This document shows positions 7,920-16,323 of a stretch of DNA of 20,000 bases, in pieces; within the stretch, counting starts at the first letter, position 1; each line of letters begins with the position of its first letter. The position numbers and the translations under genes were made by a program. The DNA lies in the IMG/VR virus record IMGVR_UViG_3300032257_000007; one strand, given 5' to 3'. The notes under the pieces were generated by a model. That model made no database searches, had not been told where the DNA came from, and worked only from the letters and a program-made list of their open reading frames with translations. This DNA is from an uncultured virus (IMG/VR IMGVR_UViG_3300032257_000007). Its lineage: Duplodnaviria; Heunggongvirae; Uroviricota; Caudoviricetes.

Positions 7920-9283
7920 CAATCATGTCCTTCTATTTCAGGCAATGGTAAGCCAGGTATGTTTGGCACTCCGACGTTTGTCTCTTGGTATCTATCTTCA
8001 AATGCTTCAGTCCACTCATGTCCATGCAAGTGCACGTACAAGTTATTTCTTAATTCATCTATGTGAAAGATAACTTTTGTTTTATCCAGCTTTGACCTTG
8101 GATGTTTAATTTGCAGAGCTAGATAGTCTGGGCCAGTATACTGTACCCATTCATGTCTCTCTCCATTAGTGATCAGTGATGTAGAAACATCATTGTCCAC
8201 ACCTATTTGAACTTGCAGTAAGCTAGTACGTCTGATTAAGTCATCTGAATTCAACGGACCTTGTAGAGTTAAGTCTTCTAAGTATCTCTGCTTAGCAGTC
8301 TTTGTAGATCCATGCTTAATTGCCTCTCGAGTTTTAACCTCGAGGAGCTTCTCTTCGTAGCCACCCTTAATGAAATCGTTGTAGTATTTATGATTTGCAT
8401 CTCTAATACCACTCAGAAAGCTTGATAGGTGACAAGGTCTTAATTCAAACATCTTACTCTCTGAATACTTTTGCACGGCTCTCACTATGTCGTCATGAGG
8501 ATACAACTCTACTGATTTCTCGTACTCCTTAAATGCTTGAGGCTTTTTGCCTTTCATAGAAGTATGAGCTGGATAGAGTTTCCAGATAAATTCAAAGAGA
8601 GGAGAGTAATTAATCACTGTCTTTTGAGGTTTATCCTCAACAGGCGTGATAGGCTCGTTTGAGCCAATAACTTTCTCTGCTGTAGTCTCTTTAGTATTCT
8701 CTGTAGTAGTCTCTGACGTAGTAGGTGCAATCTGACCCGTACCTATAGTGTCCGTTGACCCATAGGTATGGTGCTCAGTAGCCCGTACTATAGTGTCCAA
8801 TGACCCATCACTATAGTTGTCATTGACTCCTACTATGGGGTCCTCTGACTCCAAGTATGGTGCTCTATGACCCATACTATTGTCTTCTAGGCCTTCTAGT
8901 TCATCTTCTTCGATGAATTCACTTTCATCTATCATGCAAGCCTCTTCGATAGCCTCTCTGAAGAGTACCCAATCTATCTGGTAGTAAGATCTTCTAGGTT
9001 GGCTTGCACGCTTATATTTTACAAATGGTAGTTTTAGTATAAACTTTTTTGCTCTTTTGACCTCGTCTTTGGTTAACCCAGTTTCCTTGACCAATCCTTC
9101 ATTTGTTTTATAAAACCATTTCTCCGTGACAGTTGCCCAATACAAAATCTGAGATAACATAAGAACAGAGTTAGGGCTAGTGATTATTTTCCTTAATACT
9201 GGATAGTAAGCTACGGGCCTTTGTCCGTTCTCAGACATTATCTTCTGAAGCACATTAGTTCTGTCTTCTGTTTTCTTTTTCAT
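7919..9283 (-). CDS. Phage replication initiator (lambda O / replisome-organiser-like)
   Basis: N-terminal wHTH (LSQILYW...WFYKT...ETGLT); internal repeat array; TTSETTTENTKE linker; FEFIWKLYP...K..AFKEY domain; upstream of dnaB; SD GGAGG. Confidence 0.85.
   Translation of the reverse strand: MKKKTEDRTNVLQKIMSENGQRPVAYYPVLRKIITSPNSVLMLSQILYWATVTEKWFYKTNEGLVKETGLTKDEVKRAKKFILKLPFVKYKRASQPRRSYYQIDWVLFREAIEEACMIDESEFIEEDELEGLEDNSMGHRAPYLESEDPIVGVNDNYSDGSLDTIVRATEHHTYGSTDTIGTGQIAPTTSETTTENTKETTAEKVIGSNEPITPVEDKPQKTVINYSPLFEFIWKLYPAHTSMKGKKPQAFKEYEKSVELYPHDDIVRAVQKYSESKMFELRPCHLSSFLSGIRDANHKYYNDFIKGGYEEKLLEVKTREAIKHGSTKTAKQRYLEDLTLQGPLNSDDLIRRTSLLQVQIGVDNDVSTSLITNGERHEWVQYTGPDYLALQIKHPRSKLDKTKVIFHIDELRNNLYVHLHGHEWTEAFEDRYQETNVGVPNIPGLPLPEIEGHD
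8733..8887. repeat. Seven degenerate 22-23 bp tandem repeats (iterons; putative replication origin)
   Basis: Units start at 8733, 8756, 8779, 8801, 8824, 8846, 8868; consensus about TGACCCRTA(N)CTATRGTGTC on +; period is not a multiple of 3. Confidence 0.8.
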
Positions 9284-9298
9284 TTTGCTCCTCCAGCA

Positions 9299-9607
9299 TC
9301 AGAAGTGATCAACCTCTTCTACTACAAAATAGCAATCATATTTTTTACGTATAACACCATTTAAAGTAACGATAAAGCTGTTTAGACCTTCTAAAAAACT
9401 ATCGCCCTTCTGAATTCGGAGCATAATTTTATCCCCATCTACATAAAGATCTGATAAAAGATGATCTATCCTACGGTACACAGAGTCCATCTTTTTGCCA
9501 TTATCACTAGGGAAGAATGCGTCAGTGTCGACTGCAAACCAGTCATACTTAGACGCAATATAAGTTGCAAAATTCTTCCAATTCATGTCTTTTGGTAAAG
9601 CAATCAT
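9299..9607 (-). CDS. Hypothetical protein (102 aa)
   Basis: Start moved to ATG 9607 (MIALPKD); ATGA overlap with the upstream stop. Confidence 0.75.
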   Translation of the reverse strand: MIALPKDMNWKNFATYIASKYDWFAVDTDAFFPSDNGKKMDSVYRRIDHLLSDLYVDGDKIMLRIQKGDSFLEGLNSFIVTLNGVIRKKYDCYFVVEEVDHF

Positions 9608-9915
9608 CTTAAAACACCAGAGCTTTCTGAGAAAGAATCCCATGCTTGGGTTGAAGCTTCAGTATAGATAGGATTGTTCATACTTTCCATATCTACAGAC
9701 TCTATAGCTTCGATGTTAGGAGTCTCATCAAACATACTGTTTAAGTCCTCTCCCTGAAAATCAGACATAGCAAATACAAGCTCTCTGTCCGATGCATTGT
9801 TTAGGACTTTCCAACAATACGTCTCTTTTTCTTTCAATGTCATTTCGTTCCAGTTTTCAGGCTGGTTGACTTTTATTAATCCCTGTCTAAGGAATCGTAT
9901 ATCGATTGTTCTCAT
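9604..9915 (-). CDS. Hypothetical protein (103 aa)
   Basis: SD AAAGGA; coupled to the downstream gene. Confidence 0.8.
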   Translation of the reverse strand: MRTIDIRFLRQGLIKVNQPENWNEMTLKEKETYCWKVLNNASDRELVFAMSDFQGEDLNSMFDETPNIEAIESVDMESMNNPIYTEASTQAWDSFSESSGVLR

Positions 9916-10095
9916 TACTGCTTCCTTTTCTTAAATCCGAATTTAAACCTATATTTGCTAGGTTCAATAAAACACTGATCCATTTGTGTAGGAAGATTGG
10001 ATACCAAGGCTTCAGCTTCTTCTACAAGATGCTTGCCGTGTTCGGCACCTGTTCTCCATTTCCTGTCTACAATTGCTAATTCCTGCAACCACTGA

Positions 10096-10329
10096 TTAAG
10101 TGGCTTTGGTTTTAGTCGTAGCTCTCTTCTTCGTCGTTGTCGTTGTTGCCGCTGTTTTGCGACGTGGTGTGGTCTTTTTAATTGGCGAGGCTGCTTCCTT
10201 TTTTTGGGCTGCAGAGCTTGCTCTGGTTCTCCCAGTATCAATATCGATACTTGAGATTTTCCCTCCATTAGGAAGTAGAGCTGCTGCCAGCTCCTTTTCA
10301 GTTATTTCAACCGTCAGTTTGATCTTCAT
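10096..10329 (-). CDS. Small basic protein with K/R/T/A-rich tail (77 aa), possible DNA binder
   Basis: Start moved to ATG 10329 (SD AGGAG), MKIKLTVEITEKEL...KKTTPRRKTAATTTTTKKRATTKTKAT. Confidence 0.7.
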   Translation of the reverse strand: MKIKLTVEITEKELAAALLPNGGKISSIDIDTGRTRASSAAQKKEAASPIKKTTPRRKTAATTTTTKKRATTKTKAT

Positions 10330-11239
10330 TTTGCTCTCCTCTGAAGCTTTCAGCAAGTACAGGGATCTTTCCAAATCTCTTACCTTCCTTACCTTCTTTT
10401 GAGACTAGGTTGTGTTTCTCAATGAAATCTGAGTCAACAGTTTCTTCATCGATCATAACCCACTCACCGCTGACCTGGTATGCAATCCCACACTCATCAA
10501 ATAGTTTTGAAACAATAGAAACATCATCGCTTCCACTCTTCATCATATCTTCTAGTGCGTTTGCTGCAACTGGTGGTTCTACACTCTTTTTGATTTTAGA
10601 TAAGTCAGAGCTTTCATTGTCAATAGCAACTGCATCTGCAAACTCTTTAGAGATATCGATACTCTTAAGTGTGTTTTTCAATGCAACCTTTTTTGCCATT
10701 TCAAAATACCATGTTTTCCATGGACCGCTTGTGCCAGATTTAGATGCTTTCTTGGCTTGCTCAATATGTTCCAATGTAACTGTTCCATATTTACGCTCAC
10801 CATTAGCCATCTTGATGTCAACCAAGACACCAATAAACTCACCCTGAGCTTTAAATGGTTCAACCTTGTACGTAAGTCCATCTTCTGTAATCTCTACAGT
10901 ATCGCCTTCATAGATAAGATATGTGTTGATCATCTTAACTGCACCATTTCTATATGCAAGCTTTTGCAGATAGTTGTGTGAGAATGACACTTCAATCTTT
11001 TGTCCATAAGGAACAAAATAGATGTCATCATGACTCGTTAGAGTAGGATCAGGTATCATCGCTTTAAGCACAGCTTCTGCAATCACAGGAGCAGGCATTG
11101 CACCAACCTTTGGTGTCTTGGCGATGATCATATTCATCTTGTTCATAAGCAGAGCGTTGTCTACATCTGAGTTCTGCTCAGTGATTAATGCTACTGCGTG
11201 CTCTTGTACGTTTTTGTACGGTACTACTTCTTGACTCAT
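10307..11239 (-). CDS. recT: RecT/Red-beta family single-strand annealing protein
   Basis: IYFVPYG, IYEGD, SKSGTSGPWKTWYFEMAKKVALK; directly downstream of the exonuclease. Confidence 0.88.
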   Translation of the reverse strand: MSQEVVPYKNVQEHAVALITEQNSDVDNALLMNKMNMIIAKTPKVGAMPAPVIAEAVLKAMIPDPTLTSHDDIYFVPYGQKIEVSFSHNYLQKLAYRNGAVKMINTYLIYEGDTVEITEDGLTYKVEPFKAQGEFIGVLVDIKMANGERKYGTVTLEHIEQAKKASKSGTSGPWKTWYFEMAKKVALKNTLKSIDISKEFADAVAIDNESSDLSKIKKSVEPPVAANALEDMMKSGSDDVSIVSKLFDECGIAYQVSGEWVMIDEETVDSDFIEKHNLVSKEGKEGKRFGKIPVLAESFRGEQNEDQTDG

Positions 11240-12169
11240 TTAGTTTCCTTCAAAGTTATTTGCTTCTTCGAGAGCATAGCGGTGCCAGCTCGGCATTGCT
11301 TTTACAACAAATAATGGCTGTGCACCACTTGCTTGGTCGACTCCGTTATATCCATACCAGTTGTCATTATTAAGACACCATGCGTATACATCAAGAAGTC
11401 TATTTACTTTAGACATTTCAAGTTGTATATCATTGTCCTCGAGAATGATTACGGAGTGCATATAAGGAGCTTCTTTTTCTACAGCAATAAACCCAAACAT
11501 GTTGGCTTTCTCACCAGCCATGCGTGCAGTATTGATATAGAATGCTGCTTGAATTCCATATCCAAGGTTAGCAGCATCTTTCATAAAAATGTCTGGCTTA
11601 GCGTTCTTTGTCGATTTAAGATCAAGGAACATGCCATCCATATTTATATCAACTTTTACCTTAATGATAATATTGCGTTCATGGTCTACAACGTAGATTG
11701 CTTTCTCTCTGGTTGTATTTTTGTTGATCACAATTCCATCGTAAGTGTTTGTACCAGAGGTGTCTTTAGGGCGTCTAAGCGATGTTAGAATGCCATTAAG
11801 CATTTCACCGTCTTTTGCTCTCAAGATAATCTGAGGATCTTCTTTGTGCTCATTAGCAAAGATCTTCCACTTTCGATCAGTCTTCTTGTCTACAGGTGCA
11901 AATAGGAATTCGTCTTCAAAATCATCATTTTCAAGAATAAACTTATGGATAGCATTACCAACGATAAGTGCTTCAGTCTTTTCTTGAGGTCCAGCATCTT
12001 TTGCATGCTTGTACGTTTCAGGACATTCTTTGTCTATTTGTTTTAGACCACTGGCACTGATACCAGGCGAGTTATGATAGAAGTCATCATCGACATCACA
12101 CCATTGTCCCATTATAATCCCGTTCTTCTCAAGGAATTTTATATCTTTTTCTATATCATACTTCATCAA
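11240..12169 (-). CDS. RecE-like (exonuclease VIII / DUF3799) PD-(D/E)XK exonuclease
   Basis: YHNSPGISASGLK, GNAIHKFILE, KVKVD, DLKST, GYGIQAAFY, FIAVEKEAPY. Confidence 0.9.
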   Translation of the reverse strand: MMKYDIEKDIKFLEKNGIIMGQWCDVDDDFYHNSPGISASGLKQIDKECPETYKHAKDAGPQEKTEALIVGNAIHKFILENDDFEDEFLFAPVDKKTDRKWKIFANEHKEDPQIILRAKDGEMLNGILTSLRRPKDTSGTNTYDGIVINKNTTREKAIYVVDHERNIIIKVKVDINMDGMFLDLKSTKNAKPDIFMKDAANLGYGIQAAFYINTARMAGEKANMFGFIAVEKEAPYMHSVIILEDNDIQLEMSKVNRLLDVYAWCLNNDNWYGYNGVDQASGAQPLFVVKAMPSWHRYALEEANNFEGN

Positions 12170-12551
12170 TTTCTCCCTTGAAGAATTTAGTTAAGTCTTG
12201 AGCTCTAGCTAACAGCTCAGAAACCACTTTTGAATATCTTACAGCCATCATTGTGAATGGTTTTTGGAATGAAGATACTGGAACCTCTTTCCCATCTGTC
12301 ACTACAATGTGGTCTTCAGTAATATCCACTGCTCTTCCTCTGAATACGATAATGAAAGATACATATGAAATACCATCTTCTTTAATATCGAATGCCCATT
12401 TAGTTGCAGAAATCTTAACGAACCCGATGTCTTTAAGATCATGTATTACTCTAGATTTGGCTGAGAGATTATCTCTGTTGTCATTTGTGTATTTTTCTAA
12501 AGAGTGTGTCAGCTCTAACAATTCTCTCTTTAGCAACTCCGTGTCATTCAC
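12156..12551 (-). CDS. Hypothetical protein (131 aa)
   Basis: GTGA overlap with the NYN gene stop; SD AAGGAG. Confidence 0.8.
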   Translation of the reverse strand: MNDTELLKRELLELTHSLEKYTNDNRDNLSAKSRVIHDLKDIGFVKISATKWAFDIKEDGISYVSFIIVFRGRAVDITEDHIVVTDGKEVPVSSFQKPFTMMAVRYSKVVSELLARAQDLTKFFKGEIDEV

Positions 12552-13117
12552 GTAATCTCCTTCTCTATGTGCTTTATGTTTGGGTTGAATAGCTCATGTA
12601 AAGCAATACTTCTGAACTGCTTCAGATTGTTCGACATGTTTTCTTTGTGCGCTATCACGATGATCTCAGTCCCATAATGTTCCTGTACATACTTTAAAGC
12701 ATTAAGCATGTCGTCATCCCCACTCAGTATTATTAATCTTTGGTACTTAGAGCCTAAAGTATGTATTGCATGAATAATTTCTCCATCCATGTCACACTCT
12801 TCATATTCATATACCGTGCGTGTTCCCTTAATATCGATTATGTTATCAAGCTTCTTGACAATTTTCTCGACTACTTCAAACCCCTGCGATCTTAAGAAAT
12901 CCAAGAATCTGATGTTCTTCCCATATCTCTGATCATCTTTACTAAACGCTTTTGCAAACGCATGAAAGTTGAAATGCACATCTGGGAATGTTTTTAAAAT
13001 AAGTTCTTTTGCTAAAAGCATATCTACTTTTGGCAGAAGGTATTCGTTGCGTCTATGAGTGATTGGTGTTTTCAAATTTTCCATATCACACAAGACGAGC
13101 GTTCCTAGCTTATTCAT
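12548..13117 (-). CDS. NYN-domain (LabA/DUF88, PIN-like) putative ribonuclease, 189 aa
   Basis: Start moved to ATG 13117 (SD TAAGGA); motifs LCDMEN, ECDMD, ILSGDDDM, S..L. Confidence 0.82.
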   Translation of the reverse strand: MNKLGTLVLCDMENLKTPITHRRNEYLLPKVDMLLAKELILKTFPDVHFNFHAFAKAFSKDDQRYGKNIRFLDFLRSQGFEVVEKIVKKLDNIIDIKGTRTVYEYEECDMDGEIIHAIHTLGSKYQRLIILSGDDDMLNALKYVQEHYGTEIIVIAHKENMSNNLKQFRSIALHELFNPNIKHIEKEIT

Positions 13118-13208
13118 CGTCTGGTTCCTTAGATGCTCTTCCGAGCAAGAAACCAAAACCTATAATAGCTAAGAGTATTCCACCAATTACTGTGCCTATA
13201 CTCATCAT
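13110..13208 (-). CDS. 32 aa single-pass membrane peptide (not in ORF track)
   Basis: SD AAAGGA; MMSIGTVIGGILLAIIGFGFLLGRASKEPDDE*; overlaps the NYN start. Confidence 0.7.
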   Translation of the reverse strand: MMSIGTVIGGILLAIIGFGFLLGRASKEPDDE

Positions 13209-13266
13209 CTATCCTTTATCCTTAATTAGTCCACTAAACCTCAAATAGATTATTAGCTTCACCAAT

Positions 13267-13294
13267 AGTATATACCATTTTTTTGCTGGCTTAA
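13267..13294 (-). promoter_or_regulatory. Putative promoter of the leftward operon (TTAAGC-16 nt-TATACT)
   Basis: Lies in the divergent intergenic region; resembles Campylobacterota housekeeping-sigma promoters. Confidence 0.45.
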
Positions 13295-13354
13295 TTCTTT
13301 TTTTTTGGGTATTATTACATTCAGTTAAAATAAGAAGAAACGGAGTTAAAAGTC

Positions 13355-16027
13355 ATGAAAATAGAAGATTTTTGGAGTTTTTTACGGGAAAATAGCGATT
13401 TTTTCAGTAAAATGGCCACTTTTTCGTCAATTAAGATTGATTTTAAAAGAGGCATTTATTATATAGATGACGGTTGGATGGCAGATCCTTTCTTTTTAAT
13501 CCTAAGACTTTTTAGAGACAAATTTAATGAGCTTGGCCCATCTAATGACCAGGAGTTTACCCGAATACAGAAGATGTTAAATGCTTCTAGAATTAAGACC
13601 CCATTCGGTAAAAAAGAGTATGACTCTTATGTAAATGTCGAAACTCGAAACCAAACACTCCTTAACCTGCTAGAGGTGACTCTTGGTGCCAATGATGGCA
13701 AGTTTATGATCCCAACGAAAGAGTATTCCAATCAAAAGTTTAAGGATATCTCAAATGATATGGAGAACGTATTCTCAGGATTGTTTATTTATGAGCACCG
13801 AGAAGCACGGTATTATGTTGATATTTACGACAGACTGACTGGGTTTGAAGTATTCCTCGATAATGGAACAATCTATATACCAGTTAGGTTTGAGGGCATA
13901 CATCGGTCAGCGTTTAAAGAAGACTCACTTAGAAAAGTCGATATAGAGGGAGAGGTATCGATCTCAGATATGTCTTTCACATTATCCCTTGAGGATAGGG
14001 ATGCTGTCTATATCCCAGAAGAGTACACGGACAGCATTATTAACGTAGCAAGGTACTTCAGAGTATTTGATATAGTTAACGAGGATGACCAATTCATTCT
14101 TAATACAGCTGAGTCAATCTACAAGTATGCTTATGACGACCCTTCCATAAAAGCAAACGGGGTATTATTTACGAGCTACCTTGCCGATCTGATGATATCA
14201 AAATACACAGAGTCTGGCTCATCTTCAATTGCCGCTCTCATTGATATAGCAAGGGTTGCCTCTGCTATGACAAAAGTGCACAAGAGTGTGTTGATAGATA
14301 ACATCTCGAAAGATATTAGTGGTGAGGTCATAGAACTTGTTAAACCATACATAGATGGGTCGGATGATAATCATGTTGCTAAGATTAGCGAGCTTACAAT
14401 TAAGTCTAATCTTGAATTCTGCTCCAGGGTAATCAGACTCAATGGGGACCCAAGTTCAATTAGGTTCTTCAATAAGAAGATGAAGTATTACAAGGACTTT
14501 AATGTAGACAGAAATGGGGTTCTTAACGACCTTATTCCTGAGCTTGGTGGCTTCAGATACATAGCATCATTCTGTAATATTTCAAGTGACAACGTACCAG
14601 CTGGGTATACTTCAGTAGACTCTTTTATTATATACGCAATACTGAAAGTTGTTCAAAGTGAGTTCGGATCACTTCCTGTGTTTGATAGGTTCTATGGGGA
14701 TGGGATACATTCAATATTTGACAAGATTGTGTTTAACTCAAGTGATGGAGTGCACGGCCTTGATGGTAAGCATGGATACAATGGAGTCCTTTTACAGCCA
14801 GCTGATATAGATGTTAAAATTCCAAAGCTTAGAGCGACAAAGCAGTCAACCGAGTCAGCAATCTCTGAAATAGTTGATGCCTTTTCGGGGTTTGTATCTG
14901 GATCAGAGGACAGAGATATGCTTGCTGCAGTACTCACAGCATCCTCTTTAGTTGTGCCTATATTGAAGAATGCAAACAAACCAGTCATGGCTATCTATGG
15001 GTGCGGTCCGTACACTATGGATGGGGCAAAAAAGAAGATTTTTAATGGTGTGTTTAAGAACGCACATGTTGTTAATACAGACAGCGACTTTGTCATCAAG
15101 AATATAGCCGATGGAAGCAGTTGTATGCTTGTGACAACAATGAATAAGTCAATCAATAAGGTTCTAAACAAGCTTGCTACAGAGAGGTTTGGGTCAGAAA
15201 CTATAAGTAGGTTCAAAAACACGGATAATGTAGTAAAAACCACCAATACAGCCCCGATTTTGGTGTTTACAGAGGAAATGTGGCTTATAGATGAGTCGAT
15301 TGTGTTCAATTTTCCAGCTAGAGCAAGCAGTGAAGCGGGGTCCTTCTTGTATGAAGACGATGATGTGTCTGGAACTATTGCATCTTTCGTCATGAGCAAT
15401 GAGAAGAAGCTGCTTTCACTCGAAGAAAAGTTTGTTGCCAAGGTGAAAAAGGAGCTAAAGAAGAAAAAAATGACTTCAAAACACCCTTATGTTGACTTTT
15501 TTGAGAAGATTCTGGCTTCTATGTGTTTAGTTGAAGCAACAGGCTTCATGGATGGATGGGAATTCCACGATAAGATGCATTCTGTCTATTTCAATGATGA
15601 TAACATCAGATATTCTGTGAATTTTGAGAAATTAATACTCTCTATACAGAATGGTTCTTCAAAAGTTGAGGATAAGTTACACGACCAGAACTTAAGAATG
15701 AATCAAAACGGAGATTCTGTTGCTGTAGACAAGGTTTTTCACATGTCATACCTTGAGAAAGAAGAATCTGATGTATATGTACTTCTTTTTGACAAAAGAG
15801 TTGTGTACAAGGCTTTAAAAGCTGATTTAAACATAGGATATGTGGAATTTGTCCAAGCAATAGAAGCTCTTAAGTCGTATATAAACATAGAAAATGCAAT
15901 GAGAAACTACAGACTAGGGTCAGACAAGACAAAGACCATTTACAACTGGTATTTAGAATTATTTGATGGTGTAAAAGATGATTTTGGATGTATAAAAATA
16001 AACAAAAAGTCCTTTTATGGCCTTTAA
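13355..16027 (+). CDS. 890 aa protein, possible degenerate primase-helicase (Zn-ribbon/TOPRIM/DUF927-like remnants)
   Basis: Long ORF with SD GGAG. Remnant motifs SIKIDFKRGIYY...ADPFFLI, VYIPEEYTD, SSLVVPIL...PVMAIYGCG without GK[ST]. The CDS is secure; the function is tentative. Confidence 0.6.
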   Translation: MKIEDFWSFLRENSDFFSKMATFSSIKIDFKRGIYYIDDGWMADPFFLILRLFRDKFNELGPSNDQEFTRIQKMLNASRIKTPFGKKEYDSYVNVETRNQTLLNLLEVTLGANDGKFMIPTKEYSNQKFKDISNDMENVFSGLFIYEHREARYYVDIYDRLTGFEVFLDNGTIYIPVRFEGIHRSAFKEDSLRKVDIEGEVSISDMSFTLSLEDRDAVYIPEEYTDSIINVARYFRVFDIVNEDDQFILNTAESIYKYAYDDPSIKANGVLFTSYLADLMISKYTESGSSSIAALIDIARVASAMTKVHKSVLIDNISKDISGEVIELVKPYIDGSDDNHVAKISELTIKSNLEFCSRVIRLNGDPSSIRFFNKKMKYYKDFNVDRNGVLNDLIPELGGFRYIASFCNISSDNVPAGYTSVDSFIIYAILKVVQSEFGSLPVFDRFYGDGIHSIFDKIVFNSSDGVHGLDGKHGYNGVLLQPADIDVKIPKLRATKQSTESAISEIVDAFSGFVSGSEDRDMLAAVLTASSLVVPILKNANKPVMAIYGCGPYTMDGAKKKIFNGVFKNAHVVNTDSDFVIKNIADGSSCMLVTTMNKSINKVLNKLATERFGSETISRFKNTDNVVKTTNTAPILVFTEEMWLIDESIVFNFPARASSEAGSFLYEDDDVSGTIASFVMSNEKKLLSLEEKFVAKVKKELKKKKMTSKHPYVDFFEKILASMCLVEATGFMDGWEFHDKMHSVYFNDDNIRYSVNFEKLILSIQNGSSKVEDKLHDQNLRMNQNGDSVAVDKVFHMSYLEKEESDVYVLLFDKRVVYKALKADLNIGYVEFVQAIEALKSYINIENAMRNYRLGSDKTKTIYNWYLELFDGVKDDFGCIKINKKSFYGL

Positions 16028-16030
16028 CTG

Positions 16031-16060
16031 TTGACTTTTGAAGGATTGTAACAGTATAAT
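16031..16060 (+). promoter_or_regulatory. Sigma70-type promoter TTGACT-18 nt-TATAAT
   Basis: Near-consensus boxes in the intergenic gap, followed by a small 5' hairpin AGCTC-AATCAC-GAGCT (16070-16085) and SD AGGAG. Confidence 0.7.
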
Positions 16061-16119
16061 ACTCATCACAGCTCAATCACGAGCTAGGTTATACAAAAAA
16101 AATAAGACAGGAGAACACA

Positions 16120-16323
16120 ATGGGTAAAGATTACTCTAATATGTCAACCGAACAAATCATGGAAGAAGTTATTTCAATCTTCAAAGAAGTTGAAAATGAC
16201 TGGGAAAAGCTTAAAGATCGTCAAAATGCTGCGGCAGGACGTCGTATTCGTAAATCACTTGACGAGGTTGCTCGTATCAAGGTAGACTTACGTAAAGTAA
16301 TGTTGGCTGAAGAACGCTCATGA
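16120..16323 (+). CDS. Hc1/histone-H1-like small helical protein (67 aa)
   Basis: QNAAAGRRIRKSLDEV.......RK matches the GNKAAGxRxRKxxxEL pattern of the Hc1-like family. Confidence 0.7.
   Translation: MGKDYSNMSTEQIMEEVISIFKEVENDWEKLKDRQNAAAGRRIRKSLDEVARIKVDLRKVMLAEERS

Noticed and set aside
8733..8887. Possible CRISPR array
   Set aside because: Units are contiguous degenerate tandem repeats with no unique spacers, lie inside a CDS, and no cas genes are present
9916..10095. tRNA, hammerhead ribozyme or known riboswitch
   Set aside because: No cloverleaf with a T-loop consensus, no CUGAnGA/GAAA core and no riboswitch consensus that I recognise; kept only as an unclassified structured candidate
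10198..10204. In-phase A_AAA_AAG -1 slippery heptamer in the basic protein gene
   Set aside because: The -1 frame stops after GSSLAN, does not reach the open downstream (+1) frame, and I see no stimulatory SD or hairpin; Lys-Lys codons explain it
11237..11242. In-frame TAA-ATG junction suggesting RecE-RecT read-through or stop-codon recoding
   Set aside because: recT has its own SD (GAAGGA); TAA, TAG and TGA all end full-length genes in this window, so there is no sign of an alternative genetic code
754..13248. Plus-strand ORFs in the track across the left arm (e.g. 4127-4474, 10100-10402, 10410-10847, 11333-11788, 12253-12555)
   Set aside because: Antisense to well-supported minus-strand genes, with shadow-like composition and no recognisable motifs
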